Positions 45,438 through 56,607 of a stretch of 64,000 bases of DNA are shown in pieces. Origin of the DNA: Alphaproteobacteria bacterium. GTDB lineage: Bacteria; Pseudomonadota; Alphaproteobacteria; JAAEOK01. The position numbers were made by a program, and so were the translations under genes. A model generated the notes under the pieces. That model saw only the letters and a program-made list of their open reading frames with translations, was not told the DNA's origin and ran no database searches. Every line of letters starts with the position of its first letter. The first letter of the stretch is position 1. Location of the stretch: positions 29,320 through 93,319 of the forward strand of contig JAAEOK010000075.1 in the NCBI GenBank assembly GCA_024244705.1, written 5' to 3'.

Positions 45438-45902
45438 GTGACGCTTTTTCTGTCGACATATGTCAACAAAGTGGATCGGAAGGGCCGCGTGTCCGTTCCG
45501 GCCAGCTTTCGCGCCGCGCTCCAGGGCCAGAGTTTCCACGGAATCGTCGCATTCCGATCCTATAAGGATTCGGCCATCATCGGCTGCGGCATGGATTTCA
45601 TGGAGCGATTGTCGACCAGCGTAACCGACCTCGATCTCTTTTCCGACGCCCAGGACGACCTGTCGGCGACGATCTTCGCCGACGCGCATCAGCTCTCGCT
45701 CGATGGCGATGGCCGCATCCTGCTAGCCCAGAATTTGGCCGACCATGCCGAGATTACCGACCAGGCCGCGTTTGTCGGCCGCGGCGAAACCTTCGAAATT
45801 TGGCAACCGGAGGCGTTCAACCAGCGTCTGGCGGCGGCGCGAGGGCGCGCCAAATCCCAGGGTGCAACGCTGAGTCTAAGGCCGCGGGGGAACGGCGAAT
45901 GA
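45438..45902 (+). CDS. mraZ: Transcriptional regulator MraZ
   Basis: GTG start (GGGGAG 4 nt upstream) giving [25 protein letters not shown], a canonical MraZ N-terminus, with two DXXXR-type repeats. The ORF-track start at 45351 runs through the operator and is rejected. Confidence 0.85.
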   Translation: MTLFLSTYVNKVDRKGRVSVPASFRAALQGQSFHGIVAFRSYKDSAIIGCGMDFMERLSTSVTDLDLFSDAQDDLSATIFADAHQLSLDGDGRILLAQNLADHAEITDQAAFVGRGETFEIWQPEAFNQRLAAARGRAKSQGATLSLRPRGNGE

Positions 45903-46870
45903 CCGCGGCGGCGCGAAATATTTCGGGCGGCGGACACGTGCCCGTCATGATCGACCAAGTGGTCGCCCTTCTGCAACCCCGCGACGGCGCCATCATCGTT
46001 GACGGCACCTTCGGTGGCGGCGGTTATAGCCGCGCCTTCCTCGGCGCCGCCGACTGCCGGGTCTGGGCCATTGACCGCGACCCCGACGCGATCGCGCGCG
46101 GGGCCGCGATGGAAGAAGAATTCGGCGATCGCCTTAAGTTGGTCGCGGGTCGCTTCGGCGACATGGCGCGACTGCTCGATATACGCGACGTCGCCGGCGT
46201 CGCGCTCGATCTCGGCCTGTCCTCGCCGCAACTCGACGACGCACACCGTGGCTTTTCGTTTCAACACGACGGCCCGCTGGATATGCGCATGTCCCAGGAC
46301 GGGCCAAGCGCCGCCGACGTTGTCAACTCGATGGCCGAGAATGAACTCGCGGACATTATCTATAAGTATGGCGAAGAACGCCGTTCGCGGCGGGTTGCCC
46401 ATGCCATCGGCGAGGCCCGGCGCAACCGGCCGATCACCCGCACGGCCGAGCTTTCCGAAATCGTCGCCCACGCCGTACCGCGCGCCAAGGATGGCCTGCA
46501 TCCGGCGACACGGACGTTTCAGGCGCTCCGCATCTACGTCAACGACGAGATGGGCGAGTTGCGCCGCGGCCTCGAGGCGGCGGAGGCCCTGTTGGCCGCC
46601 GGCGGCCGTCTCGCCGTCGTCGCGTTCCACTCGCTGGAGGATCGCGCCGTTAAGGACTTTCTGAAGCTGCGCAGCGGCCGCGCGCCGCGGCCGTCGCGCC
46701 ATCTGCCAGAGGGCGCAAACGGGCGCGAGGCCACCTTCCGCCTCCTCGGCGGCAAACCGATTCGCCCCGAAACGTCGGAAATCAGCGCCAACCCGCGCGC
46801 CCGCTCGGCCCGGTTACGGGCCGCCGAGCGAACCCCGGCGCCGGCCTGGCCGCAGGAGATCCCTCAATGA
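45899..46870 (+). CDS. rsmH: 16S rRNA (cytosine1402-N4)-methyltransferase RsmH (MraW)
   Basis: [10 protein letters not shown]...[10 protein letters not shown]... SAM-binding motifs. The start overlaps the mraZ stop (ATGA). Confidence 0.9.
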   Translation: MTAAARNISGGGHVPVMIDQVVALLQPRDGAIIVDGTFGGGGYSRAFLGAADCRVWAIDRDPDAIARGAAMEEEFGDRLKLVAGRFGDMARLLDIRDVAGVALDLGLSSPQLDDAHRGFSFQHDGPLDMRMSQDGPSAADVVNSMAENELADIIYKYGEERRSRRVAHAIGEARRNRPITRTAELSEIVAHAVPRAKDGLHPATRTFQALRIYVNDEMGELRRGLEAAEALLAAGGRLAVVAFHSLEDRAVKDFLKLRSGRAPRPSRHLPEGANGREATFRLLGGKPIRPETSEISANPRARSARLRAAERTPAPAWPQEIPQ

Positions 46871-47223
46871 TGCGGCGGTCGACCCTGATCTGGTTCGCGC
46901 TCGCCGCGGTGACCGGATATTCGATGTACCAGCTCAAGTACGACGTGGTCGCGCTGGAGGAAGACCTTGCCAAGCGCAATGGCGAGATCATCGCCTATCA
47001 GGAGGCGATCCATGTCCTCAAGGCGGAATGGGCCTTTTTGAATCGGCCTGGCCGGCTCCAGGATCTGGCCGAACGCCACTTGGATCTGGAGCCCGAGACG
47101 CAGCGCCACGAAGTTCAAGTTTCGGCCCTGACTTCGAACGACCAACAAGTGGCGCCGGTTGCCGCGATTCCGACGCCGCGCATCAAGCCGACCCTCGCCG
47201 CGGGCGGCAGAGGTTCGCAGTGA
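46867..47223 (+). CDS. ftsL: Cell division protein FtsL
   Basis: 118 aa with a single N-terminal TM ([15 protein letters not shown]) followed by a coiled coil. Position between rsmH and ftsI. ATGA overlap with rsmH. Confidence 0.65.
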   Translation: MMRRSTLIWFALAAVTGYSMYQLKYDVVALEEDLAKRNGEIIAYQEAIHVLKAEWAFLNRPGRLQDLAERHLDLEPETQRHEVQVSALTSNDQQVAPVAAIPTPRIKPTLAAGGRGSQ

Positions 47224-48968
47224 TGTTCCGGCGCCGAGCAGCCCCCCAAGCGCCGACGAGCGCGGCACACGATGGCGGCCGCATCCGTTTCGACGGCGCC
47301 ACGAAGCTGGTGCTCGAACGAGGCCGGACGCGGATGTTGATGGGCGGGCTGATGTTCGCCATCGCGTTCACCGTCATCGGCTTGCGGCTCGTCGACATGG
47401 CGATGATCGAGGGCGGCGCCGAACCGCGATTGTCCCAGGCACCGGTCAATCAGACCTACCGCATGGAGCGCGCCGACATCGTCGACCGCAACGGCGTGAT
47501 CGTGGCGACCAGCCTCCCGACGGCGTCGCTTTATGCTGATCCGAAACTGGTCATCGATGCTCGCGACGCTGCCCGGCGGCTGGTCCGCGTCTTGCCCGAG
47601 CTGTCGGAAAGCGAACTGGTTGCGCGGCTCGAAAGCGAACGCCGCTTCGTTTGGATCCGCCGACATCTTACGCCGCAGCAAAAATACGCGGTCAATCGTC
47701 TCGGCATTCCGGGCCTCTATTTCCAACGCGAAGAGCGCAGGGTCTATCCGCAGGGCCGGCTTGCCGCGCATGTCTTGGGCCTCACCGATGTCGACAACAA
47801 GGGCCTCGGTGGCGTCGAACGCTATTTCGAAGACATCCTGACCAGCACCTCGGCTTCGGTTCAGCTATCGATCGACACCCGCGTTCAGCACACACTGCGG
47901 CGCGAACTCCAGGCCGCGATCGGCGAATTCAAGGCGCTCGGCGCCGCCGGCATCATCATCGACGTGCATAGCGGCGAAATCCTGGCGATGGCTTCGCTGC
48001 CCGACTACGACGCCAATACGCCGACCGACGGCGATCGCGCCGGTCGTTTCAATCGCGCCACCCTCGGCGTCTACGAAATGGGGTCAACGTTCAAGATATT
48101 CACCACCGCGATGGCGTTGGAGAGCGGCGTGGTCGCTCTCGACGGCGGCTATGACGCCACCCGGCCGATTCGCCTCGCCGGCTTTACTATCGACGACTAC
48201 AAGCCGAAGCGCCGTTGGCTTTCGGTGCCCGAGATCTTCATCTATTCGTCGAACATCGGTGCCGCCAAGATGGCGCTCGACGTCGGCATTGACGGTCAGC
48301 GCCGGTTTCTCCAGGACCTCGATTTGTTGCGCCCGGCCTCGATCGAGTTGCCCGAGTCCGGACATCCCCTTTCCCCGGCGCGATGGCGGGAGATCAACAC
48401 CGCGACGGTCGCCTTCGGGCACGGCATATCGATCAGCCCGCTGCAACTCGCCAGCGCCACCGCCGCGGTGGTCAACGGAGGCGTGCTCCGCCCCGCCACA
48501 TTGCTGAAGCGGCTGGGCGACGAGCATCCCATCGGCCGCCAAGTGATATCGCCACGCACCTCGGCGGCAATGCAGTGGTTGCTCCGGCTCGCGGTCACTC
48601 ACGGCACCGGCAAACGGGCGGACGTTCCCGGGCTGATGGTCGGCGGCAAGACCGGCACCGCCGAGAAAATCGGCGATCGCGGTTATGTCCACAACAAGTT
48701 GCTGTCGTCCTTTGTCGGCGCATTCCCGATGAACGATCCACGCTACGTCGTGGTCGTTCTGGTCGACGAGCCGAAGGGCAATGAGAAGACACATGGCTAC
48801 GCCACCGGCGGGATGGTGGCGGCGCCCATCGTCGGCCGCGTCATCGAGCGGGTCGCGCCGATGCTCGACATTCCGCGGTCCTTCGACATCGCGGCGTCAC
48901 AGGAAAACTCTACGTCGGCCGCATTCAAGCAGGCGGCGGCAAAAGGAAAGGTCCGTGCGGCTGAGTGA
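47223..48968 (+). CDS. ftsI: Peptidoglycan D,D-transpeptidase FtsI (PBP3)
   Basis: PBP dimerisation domain plus transpeptidase motifs (STFK, SSN, KTGT). The ATG overlaps the ftsL stop (TGATG). Confidence 0.85.
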   Translation: MFRRRAAPQAPTSAAHDGGRIRFDGATKLVLERGRTRMLMGGLMFAIAFTVIGLRLVDMAMIEGGAEPRLSQAPVNQTYRMERADIVDRNGVIVATSLPTASLYADPKLVIDARDAARRLVRVLPELSESELVARLESERRFVWIRRHLTPQQKYAVNRLGIPGLYFQREERRVYPQGRLAAHVLGLTDVDNKGLGGVERYFEDILTSTSASVQLSIDTRVQHTLRRELQAAIGEFKALGAAGIIIDVHSGEILAMASLPDYDANTPTDGDRAGRFNRATLGVYEMGSTFKIFTTAMALESGVVALDGGYDATRPIRLAGFTIDDYKPKRRWLSVPEIFIYSSNIGAAKMALDVGIDGQRRFLQDLDLLRPASIELPESGHPLSPARWREINTATVAFGHGISISPLQLASATAAVVNGGVLRPATLLKRLGDEHPIGRQVISPRTSAAMQWLLRLAVTHGTGKRADVPGLMVGGKTGTAEKIGDRGYVHNKLLSSFVGAFPMNDPRYVVVVLVDEPKGNEKTHGYATGGMVAAPIVGRVIERVAPMLDIPRSFDIAASQENSTSAAFKQAAAKGKVRAAE

Positions 48969-50430
48969 ATTGATGGAAGCGAGTGGAATGGAAAACCGAC
49001 CGACGGCGGCGATGGAGAACACGGAAATCCATGGTTTGACCATGGATTCGCGCCGCGTCGAGCCCGGTTTTCTCTTCGCCGCCGTTCCCGGATCGCATGC
49101 CGACGGTCGAGATTATATCGCCCAGGCCGTCGCCCACGGCGCGGCCGCGGTTCTGGCGCCGCTCGATACGCCGCAAGAAATTCTACCGGAGGAAATTCCA
49201 CACCTTCTCGATTTGAACCCGCGCCGCCGCCTCGCCTTGATGGTAGCGGCCTTCTATGGACGGCAGCCGCAGCACGTCGCCGCCGTCACAGGCACCAACG
49301 GCAAGACTTCGGTCGTCAGTTTCACGCGCCAGATTTGGGCGCATCTCGGTTACCCGGCGGCGAGCCTTGGCACTCTTGGTATTGAGGCCTCGCATTATTG
49401 CGAAACCCTCTCCCTGACCACACCCGACCCAGTGGCCTTGATCCAGGAGATTGCCAAGCTCGCCGACCGGGGCGTTACCCACCTCGCCTTCGAGGCCTCG
49501 AGCCACGGATTGGAGCAATTCCGCATCGACGGGGTTCGCGTCACCACCGCCGCGTTCACCAACCTGTCGCGCGATCATCTCGACTATCACGGCTCGATGG
49601 AGACCTATCTGGCCGCCAAGGCGCGCCTGTTCCGCGAGGTCATGGCGCCCGGCGGCGCCGCGATTCTGAATGCGGACGCGCCCGAGTTCGAAAGCCTCGC
49701 CGCGCTGTGCCGCGACCACGGCCACGGCGTTATCGAGTACGGCCGCGCGGGACGGGAGCTGCGACTCGTTCGCCAAGACCTGGACCCGGGCGGCCAGGAT
49801 CTGACGATTGCGATCGATGGCGCGGTCCACCATATCCGGCTGCCGTTGACCGGCGCCTTCCAGGCGATGAACGCCCTCGCCGCGCTCGGCCTCGTCATCG
49901 CCGAAGGCGGCGAACCGAATGCCGCCGTCGCGGCGCTGGCGAAACTTCAGGGTGTGCGCGGCCGGCTCGAGCCGGTCACCGGCCATCCCCGTGGCGCGGC
50001 TATTTTCGTCGATTACGCGCACACGCCCGGTGCCCTTCAAACGGTCCTGGAATCGCTGCGGCCCCACACCCGGGGGCGACTGTTCTGCGTCTTCGGCGCC
50101 GGCGGCGACCGCGATCGCGGCAAGCGTCCCGCGATGGGCGCCGCCGCGGCCCGCAGCGCGGACGTGGTTTTCGTAACCGACGACAATCCTAGAACCGAAG
50201 ACCCGGCAGCCATCCGCGCCGAAGTCCTCGCCGGCTGCCCCGGCTGCGAAGAGATCGGCGACCGCGCCCGTGCGATCGCCCGCGCCGTCGCCGAACTAAG
50301 GCCCGGCGATACCCTTCTGATCGCCGGCAAGGGTCACGAGCAGGGCCAGACGGTCGGCAACCGGGTTATTCCTTTCGATGACGTGACGGTCGCGCGCGAT
50401 GCTGTGGTTGCGCTTGAGGATGAGCCGTGA
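48955..50430 (+). CDS. murE: UDP-N-acetylmuramoyl-L-alanyl-D-glutamate--2,6-diaminopimelate ligase MurE
   Basis: Mur ligase domains (GTNGKTS, and a DNPR motif in the C-terminal domain). GTG start at 48955 with AAGGAAAGG upstream; alternative ATG at 48973. Confidence 0.8.
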   Translation: MRLSELMEASGMENRPTAAMENTEIHGLTMDSRRVEPGFLFAAVPGSHADGRDYIAQAVAHGAAAVLAPLDTPQEILPEEIPHLLDLNPRRRLALMVAAFYGRQPQHVAAVTGTNGKTSVVSFTRQIWAHLGYPAASLGTLGIEASHYCETLSLTTPDPVALIQEIAKLADRGVTHLAFEASSHGLEQFRIDGVRVTTAAFTNLSRDHLDYHGSMETYLAAKARLFREVMAPGGAAILNADAPEFESLAALCRDHGHGVIEYGRAGRELRLVRQDLDPGGQDLTIAIDGAVHHIRLPLTGAFQAMNALAALGLVIAEGGEPNAAVAALAKLQGVRGRLEPVTGHPRGAAIFVDYAHTPGALQTVLESLRPHTRGRLFCVFGAGGDRDRGKRPAMGAAAARSADVVFVTDDNPRTEDPAAIRAEVLAGCPGCEEIGDRARAIARAVAELRPGDTLLIAGKGHEQGQTVGNRVIPFDDVTVARDAVVALEDEP

Positions 50431-51857
50431 TCGCGGCTCCCCCATTGTGGACCGCAATTGATGTCGCCGGTGCTGTCGGCGCCCCGGTAGCGGGCGAATG
50501 GACGGCGACCGGCGTCTCCATAGATAGCCGCTCGCTACGCCCCGGCGACCTGTTCGTGGCCCTCCGAGGACCTAATTTCGATGGCCACGCATTTATTGCC
50601 GATGCCGTCGCCAAGGGTGCCGTGGCGGCGGTCGTCGACCGAGTTCCCGACGGAATGTCTTGCGATGTGCCGCTTATCGAAGTCGGCGACACGCTGGTCG
50701 CGCTGACCGCACTCGGACGCGCCTCGGTCGAACGGGCGACCGCCCGCATCGCCGCCATCACCGGCAGCGTCGGCAAGACCGGAACCAAAGAAGCGCTGCG
50801 CCACTGCCTGGAACGGCAGGCGCCGACCGTCGCCAACATCGGCAACCTGAACAACCATATCGGCGTGCCGCTCTCCCTCGCCCGCATGCCGGCTGACGCG
50901 ACCTACGGCGTGTTCGAAATCGGCATGAACAGCCCGGGCGAGATCGGCGCTCTATCGCGGCTCGTGCGGCCGAACGTCGCGGTGATAACTACCGTCGCCG
51001 CCGTCCACGTCGCCGCGTTCGATTCGATCCACGATGTGGCCGAGGAAAAAAGCGCGATTTTCGAAGGCATCAGGCCCGACGGGGTGGCCATCCTCAATCG
51101 CGAAAACGCGTTCTTCCCGTACCTCAACGATGTCGCCCGCAGTCACGGCGTACGTACGGTGATTGGCTTTGGCGCCCATCCGGAAGCCGATGCCCGTTTA
51201 GTCGATTGTACCGTCGAGCCGACCTCGACCGCGGTTTCCGCGATCATCGACGGCAGCGCGATCTGCTATCGCATCGGTCTGTCCGGCCGTCATCACGCGC
51301 TCAACAGCTTGGCCGTATTGGCGGCGGCAAAGGCGATCGGCGCGGATATCGGCGCGGCGGCGGTGGCGCTCGGTGATCTGACGGCGTGTATCGGCCGCGG
51401 ACGCCGGCACATCGTTCCCGTCGCCGGCGGCGCCGTGACGGTGATCGACGACAGCTACAACGCCAGCCCGGTCTCGATGCGCGCCGCCCTGTCGACGCTC
51501 AACGCGACCCAGCCCGGCGCCGGCGGACGGCGGATCGCGGCACTCGGCGACATGCTCGAGCTTGGCTCGGATTCGGCGCGTCTGCACGTTGCGCTCGCCG
51601 AATCGCTGACCGAAAACGAGGTCGACCTGGTGTTCGCGGCGGGGACCGAAATGGCGCACCTTTACGGCAGCCTGCCGCAAGCCATGAAGGGCGGCTACGC
51701 CAAGGACTCCAGCGCGCTGGTCGACGACCTCGTCTCTTCCTTGGCCGGCGGCGACGTCATAATCGTCAAAGGGTCACATGGCAGCCGGATGGACATCGTC
51801 GTCGACGCGCTCACGGCCCTGGCCAGCCCCGGCGCCCGAATCGCCAATGGGCGATAG
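50427..51857 (+). CDS. murF: UDP-N-acetylmuramoyl-tripeptide--D-alanyl-D-alanine ligase MurF
   Basis: Mur ligase fold ([10 protein letters not shown]). GTGA overlap with murE. Confidence 0.85.
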   Translation: MIAAPPLWTAIDVAGAVGAPVAGEWTATGVSIDSRSLRPGDLFVALRGPNFDGHAFIADAVAKGAVAAVVDRVPDGMSCDVPLIEVGDTLVALTALGRASVERATARIAAITGSVGKTGTKEALRHCLERQAPTVANIGNLNNHIGVPLSLARMPADATYGVFEIGMNSPGEIGALSRLVRPNVAVITTVAAVHVAAFDSIHDVAEEKSAIFEGIRPDGVAILNRENAFFPYLNDVARSHGVRTVIGFGAHPEADARLVDCTVEPTSTAVSAIIDGSAICYRIGLSGRHHALNSLAVLAAAKAIGADIGAAAVALGDLTACIGRGRRHIVPVAGGAVTVIDDSYNASPVSMRAALSTLNATQPGAGGRRIAALGDMLELGSDSARLHVALAESLTENEVDLVFAAGTEMAHLYGSLPQAMKGGYAKDSSALVDDLVSSLAGGDVIIVKGSHGSRMDIVVDALTALASPGARIANGR

Positions 51858-51871
51858 GGATAGGCCGGACC

Positions 51872-52960
51872 ATGCTCTTCAACCTGCTCTCCCCACTGGC
51901 CGACCAAATTAGCGTCTTCAACCTTTTTCGATACCTGACCTTTCGAACCGGCGGCGCCGTTGTCATGGCCATGCTCATCAGCTTTGCGCTCGGACCTTTG
52001 GTCATTCGCTGGCTGCGTGCACGACAACGCGAAGGCCAACCGATCAGGGAGGACGGCCCGGAGGATCACATCATCCGCAAGGCCGGGACTCCAACGATGG
52101 GAGGGATCCTGATCCTTCTCGCCGTCACCCTGTCGACCCTTTTGTGGGCGGATTTGACCAATCCATTCGTCTGGATCGTGCTGACGGTGACGGTCGGTTT
52201 CGGGGCGATCGGATTTGCCGACGACTATCTCAAGGTAACCCGAAGCAGCAGCCGGGGCGTACCCGCTAGGATCAAATTTTCGTGTGAAATCGCGATCGCG
52301 ACGTTCGCCGCCTTGCTGGTGCTCTTTCTCAGCGCCGAACCGATGGCCGGTGTGCTCACGGTCCCGTTCTTCAAGAACGTCGTCGTCAACCTCGGCTGGT
52401 TCTTCATCCCCTTCGCCGTGTTCGTCATGGTCGGCGCATCCAACGCCGTCAACCTGACCGACGGCCTCGACGGCCTCGCCATCGTGCCGGTGATGATCGT
52501 CGCCACCTGCCTGGCGTTGATCGCCTACCTCAGCGGCAACACCGTGTTCGCCAACTACCTCCAAATTCACTACATCCCCGGCGCCGGCGAGCTGGCCGTC
52601 TTTTGCGGCGCCATGGCCGGCGCCGGCCTCGGCTTCCTGTGGTACAACGCGCCGCCGGCGATGGTCTTCATGGGCGACACCGGATCGTTGTCGCTCGGCG
52701 GCGCCCTCGGCACCATTAGCGTCATCGTCAAGCACGAATTGGTTCTCGCCATCATCGGCGGATTGTTCGTGCTCGAGACGGTTTCGGTCATCGTTCAGGT
52801 GGTTTCATTCAGGCTCACCGGCAAGCGCGTCTTCCGCATGGCGCCGCTGCACCACCATTTCGAAAAAAAGGGATGGGCCGAGCCGACCATCGTCATCCGG
52901 TTCTGGATCATCGCCTCCATCCTGGCCCTGGCCGGGCTGGCAACGTTGAAGCTGAGGTGA
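51872..52960 (+). CDS. mraY: Phospho-N-acetylmuramoyl-pentapeptide transferase MraY
   Basis: [26 protein letters not shown]-terminus, [13 protein letters not shown] and the HHHFE motif. Confidence 0.9.
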   Translation: MLFNLLSPLADQISVFNLFRYLTFRTGGAVVMAMLISFALGPLVIRWLRARQREGQPIREDGPEDHIIRKAGTPTMGGILILLAVTLSTLLWADLTNPFVWIVLTVTVGFGAIGFADDYLKVTRSSSRGVPARIKFSCEIAIATFAALLVLFLSAEPMAGVLTVPFFKNVVVNLGWFFIPFAVFVMVGASNAVNLTDGLDGLAIVPVMIVATCLALIAYLSGNTVFANYLQIHYIPGAGELAVFCGAMAGAGLGFLWYNAPPAMVFMGDTGSLSLGGALGTISVIVKHELVLAIIGGLFVLETVSVIVQVVSFRLTGKRVFRMAPLHHHFEKKGWAEPTIVIRFWIIASILALAGLATLKLR

Positions 52961-52964
52961 GCCG

Positions 52965-54359
52965 ATGATCGACGTCGCCAGCTTCAGGGATCGCGCGATC
53001 GCCGTCATGGGCCTCGGCCGGTCGGGGCTGGCGGCGGCGGAATCACTGATCGCGAGCGGGGCGGACGTTTCGGCTTGGGACGATACCACGTCACAGCGCG
53101 AGGCGGCGGCGGGACGCGGCGTTCCATTGCGCGACCTCCAGAAGGTCGATTGGCGGCCCTCGGATACGCTGGTCTTGAGCCCCGGCATAGCCGACACGCA
53201 CCCGGCGCCCCACCCGGTCGCCGCCGCGGCGCGTGACGCCGGCGCCGCGGTCATCTGCGATATCGAACTGTTGTATCGCAGCCAGCCCAAGGCCGCCTAC
53301 GTGGGTGTTACCGGAACCAACGGCAAGTCGACGACGACGGCGCTGATCGGCCATATCCTCAAGGCGGACGGCCGCAATATCGAAGTCGGCGGCAACCTCG
53401 GCCCACCGGCGTTAGCCATGCGCGCCCTCGGCGATGGCGATTGCTATGTTCTGGAGCTTTCCTCGTATCAGCTGGAACGTATTCCGTCGGTCGTATTCGA
53501 TGTCGCCATACTGCTGAACATCACGCCCGACCATCTCGACCGGCACGGCGGCATGGACGGATATGTCGCCGCCAAGGCGCGCATCTTCAACGGCCAAGGT
53601 CGGGGCCAGACCGCGATCGTCGGTGTCGACGACGGTGCCTCCCGTTCGATCTACGACAAGCTGCGCGCGCGGCGCACGAACGACGTGGTGCCGATCGCCG
53701 TTGGCAAGCCGATCGCCGGCGGCGTCTATGTTCTGGACGGCATATTGACCGATACCGGCGGCGCCAATCCCACCGAAGTCGCCGACCTCCGCGACTTGAA
53801 CGGCTTGCCCGGTGCCCACAATTGGCAAAATGCCGCTGCCGCCTATGCCGCCTGCCGTGCCATCGGCATCGCCCCAAACATCATCGTGGATGGTCTTATA
53901 AGTTTCCCCGGCCTCCCGCACCGGCAGGAATTGGTCGTTGTCGTCGACGGCATCACATTCATAAACGACAGCAAGGCGACCAATGCCGACGCGGCCGAAA
54001 AAGCACTACTTTGCTATGACAATATCTATTGGATCGCCGGCGGCCGGGCCAAAAGCGGCGGCATCGCCGACCTCAAACGCCACATCGACCGCATCGCCCA
54101 CGTCTTTTTGATCGGCGAATGCGCGGACGATTTCGCCGTCCAGTTGGATGGCGGCGTCGCCCACACGATTTCGGGAACCCTGCCAGCCGCCGTCGACGAT
54201 GCCTACAGCGCGGCGCGGTCCGATGGCCGCCCGGGCGCGGTGGTATTGTTGTCGCCGGCCGCCGCGTCGTTCGACCAATTCGCCAATTTCGAAGCGCGCG
54301 GAGAGGCTTTCCGCCGCAGCGCAGAGGCCATTGCCGCGCGCCAGGGGACGGCATCATGA
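52965..54359 (+). CDS. murD: UDP-N-acetylmuramoylalanine--D-glutamate ligase MurD
   Basis: GLGRSG Rossmann motif, GTNGKSTTT. Confidence 0.9.
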   Translation: MIDVASFRDRAIAVMGLGRSGLAAAESLIASGADVSAWDDTTSQREAAAGRGVPLRDLQKVDWRPSDTLVLSPGIADTHPAPHPVAAAARDAGAAVICDIELLYRSQPKAAYVGVTGTNGKSTTTALIGHILKADGRNIEVGGNLGPPALAMRALGDGDCYVLELSSYQLERIPSVVFDVAILLNITPDHLDRHGGMDGYVAAKARIFNGQGRGQTAIVGVDDGASRSIYDKLRARRTNDVVPIAVGKPIAGGVYVLDGILTDTGGANPTEVADLRDLNGLPGAHNWQNAAAAYAACRAIGIAPNIIVDGLISFPGLPHRQELVVVVDGITFINDSKATNADAAEKALLCYDNIYWIAGGRAKSGGIADLKRHIDRIAHVFLIGECADDFAVQLDGGVAHTISGTLPAAVDDAYSAARSDGRPGAVVLLSPAAASFDQFANFEARGEAFRRSAEAIAARQGTAS

Positions 54360-55483
54360 CGATCGTCGTCCCGCGCACCGATACCAGTCGGTTGGGCCAA
54401 TGGTGGTGGACCGTGGACCGTTGGACGCTGGCCGCGCTGGCAGCGCTCGTCGCCTTCGGCGCGCTCTTGGTTATGGCCGCCAGCCCGGCGATCGCCGAAC
54501 GCCTCGACCTGCCGACGTTTTACTTCGTCAAGCGCCAGTTCCTGTTGGTGCCGTTCGCGCTCGCCATACTGATCGGCGTCTCGCTGCTGTCGCCGCGTGC
54601 CATCCGCAGGCTTGCCGCCATCGTGTTTCTCGTCAGCCTGGCGCTGCTGGTGTCGACATTGGTGGTCGGCGCCGAGATCAAAGGTGCACAGCGATGGATC
54701 GCGATTGGCGGCTTTTCAATGCAGCCGTCGGAGTTCGTCAAACCCGCATTCGCCGTGGTCGCGGCCTGGATGTTCGCCGAGCAGAACCTGTCCGACACCT
54801 TCCCCGGCAATATCATCGCGACGGCGATGTGCTTCCTGATCGTCGCCCTTTTGATCATGCAGCCCGATCTGGGAATGGCGGTCTTGATCTCGGTGATCTG
54901 GTTCGCCGAGTTTTTCCTCGCCGGGATGCCGATCTTCTGGGTTGTCCTGTTCTTCGCCGGCGGCGTGTTCGCTCTGATCGCGGCCTATCACAGCTTCGAC
55001 CACGTCGCCAATCGCATCGATACGTTTCTCGATCCGACGGCCGGCGACCGCTATCAATTGACACTGGCCCATGAGGCTTTCCTCAATGGCGGCCTGTTTG
55101 GGCGCGGCCCTGGCGAGGGCACCGTCAAGCAGGCGCTGCCCGACGCGCACAGCGATTTCATCTTCGCTGTCGCCGGCGAGGAATTGGGCCTTCTCGCGTG
55201 CCTGATCATCGTCACCCTGTTTGCCGTCGTATTGCTACGCGGCTTCGGCCGCATGCTTCAGGAGACGAACCTGTTCGTTCTCCTGGCGACGACCGGCTTG
55301 CTGGTGCAGTTCGGGCTGCAGGCGATCATCAACATGGCGTCGACCCTGCAGCTGATCCCGACCAAAGGCATGACCCTGCCGTTCATCAGTTATGGCGGCT
55401 CTTCCTACCTCGCCCTCGCGCTCGGCATGGGCATGGTGCTGGCCCTGACGCGCCGGCGGCCCGGTACCGGTGACAGTCTATGA
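54356..55483 (+). CDS. ftsW: Peptidoglycan glycosyltransferase/lipid II flippase FtsW
   Basis: SEDS-family 10-TM protein. ATG overlaps the murD stop (ATGA). The ORF-track extension to 54029 is rejected. Confidence 0.85.
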   Translation: MTIVVPRTDTSRLGQWWWTVDRWTLAALAALVAFGALLVMAASPAIAERLDLPTFYFVKRQFLLVPFALAILIGVSLLSPRAIRRLAAIVFLVSLALLVSTLVVGAEIKGAQRWIAIGGFSMQPSEFVKPAFAVVAAWMFAEQNLSDTFPGNIIATAMCFLIVALLIMQPDLGMAVLISVIWFAEFFLAGMPIFWVVLFFAGGVFALIAAYHSFDHVANRIDTFLDPTAGDRYQLTLAHEAFLNGGLFGRGPGEGTVKQALPDAHSDFIFAVAGEELGLLACLIIVTLFAVVLLRGFGRMLQETNLFVLLATTGLLVQFGLQAIINMASTLQLIPTKGMTLPFISYGGSSYLALALGMGMVLALTRRRPGTGDSL

Positions 55484-56607
55484 ACGGCGGCGCACAGGCG
55501 AAGCCCGTCGTGCTGGCTTCCGGCGGCACCGGCGGACATATGTTCCCGGCCGCGGCACTGGCCGGCGAATTGATCGATCGCGGATTTCGCCTGGCTTTAT
55601 TCTCCGACGATCGTGGCGTGCGCTACGACGCCATGCCCAACGCGGTCGAGACCTTCGAGATCGACTCTGCGTCGCCGTCCGGCCCGCTGGCGAAGAAGGT
55701 CAGCGCCGCCTGGCATTTGTTGCGGGGCACCTTTCAGGCCAACGGTTTGTTGAGCCGGCTATCCCCATCGGCCGTGGTCGGATTCGGCGGCTATGCCTCG
55801 GTCCCTGCCCTGACGGCGGCGGTGCTGACGAAGCGGCCAATCGTCATTCACGAACAGAACGCGGTCCTGGGCCGGGCCAATCGGCTTTGGGCCGGCGCGG
55901 CATCGGCGGTCGCAGCCTCGTTCGACGACGTCGTCGGTCTGCCCAAGAAACTGCAGCAGCACGATTCGGTCATCGTCACCGGAAATCCGGTCCGCGCCGC
56001 CGTCCGTCATGTCGGCGAGACGCCCTATGTGGCGCCGGAAGCCGACGGCAAGCTCCGAATTCTCGTCCTCGGCGGCAGTCAGGGTGCAACCGTCTTCAGT
56101 GACGTGCTGCCGGCCGCGCTGGCACAGCTGCCAGAAGAGTTGCGGCAGCGGATCGACCTCAACCAGCAGTGCCGGCCGGAGGATCTCGACCGCGTGCGCG
56201 CGGCCTATGACCGGATCGGCGTCAGCCCGGTCCTGGCAACGTTCTTCGACGACGTTCCCGAACGTTTGGCGGTTGCGCACCTGATCATATCTCGCGCCGG
56301 GGCGTCGACCGTCTCCGAGATCACCGCCGCCGGCCGCCCCGCCCTGCTCGTCCCCTACCCCCATGCGATGGACGATCACCAAACGTGGAACGCCGCCGCT
56401 CTCGAGGCCGCCGGCGCCGCCTGGGTCGCCGCCCACGAGGAGTTCACCCCCGATTTTGTCGCCCAGCGCTTGGTCGCCCTGCTCGACAGTCCGGACGAAC
56501 TCGCTTCGGCCGCGGCCAAGGCCCGCGCGCTCGGCCACGGCGACGCCGCCGCGCGTTTGGCCGACTTGGTGATCTCCGTCATCGGGCGTACGGAGGGTCA
56601 CGCGTGA
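55480..56607 (+). CDS. murG: UDP-GlcNAc:undecaprenyl-PP-MurNAc-pentapeptide GlcNAc transferase MurG
   Basis: [11 protein letters not shown]-terminal motif and GT28 fold. ATGA overlap with ftsW. Confidence 0.9.
   Translation: MNGGAQAKPVVLASGGTGGHMFPAAALAGELIDRGFRLALFSDDRGVRYDAMPNAVETFEIDSASPSGPLAKKVSAAWHLLRGTFQANGLLSRLSPSAVVGFGGYASVPALTAAVLTKRPIVIHEQNAVLGRANRLWAGAASAVAASFDDVVGLPKKLQQHDSVIVTGNPVRAAVRHVGETPYVAPEADGKLRILVLGGSQGATVFSDVLPAALAQLPEELRQRIDLNQQCRPEDLDRVRAAYDRIGVSPVLATFFDDVPERLAVAHLIISRAGASTVSEITAAGRPALLVPYPHAMDDHQTWNAAALEAAGAAWVAAHEEFTPDFVAQRLVALLDSPDELASAAAKARALGHGDAAARLADLVISVIGRTEGHA

Noticed and set aside
47028-47222. 5' extensions of ORF-track calls for dcw genes (ftsI from 47028, murE from 48781, mraY from 51386, ftsW from 54029, murC from 56385, murB from 57944, ddl from 58911, ftsQ from 59771) and of proX, dctM, dctP, ampD, DUF1499 and the membrane GT.
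   Set aside because: The extensions overlap the upstream gene in another frame and are Arg-rich, non-protein-like. Downstream in-frame starts sit at the upstream stop (ATGA/GTGA coupling) and align with orthologue N-termini.
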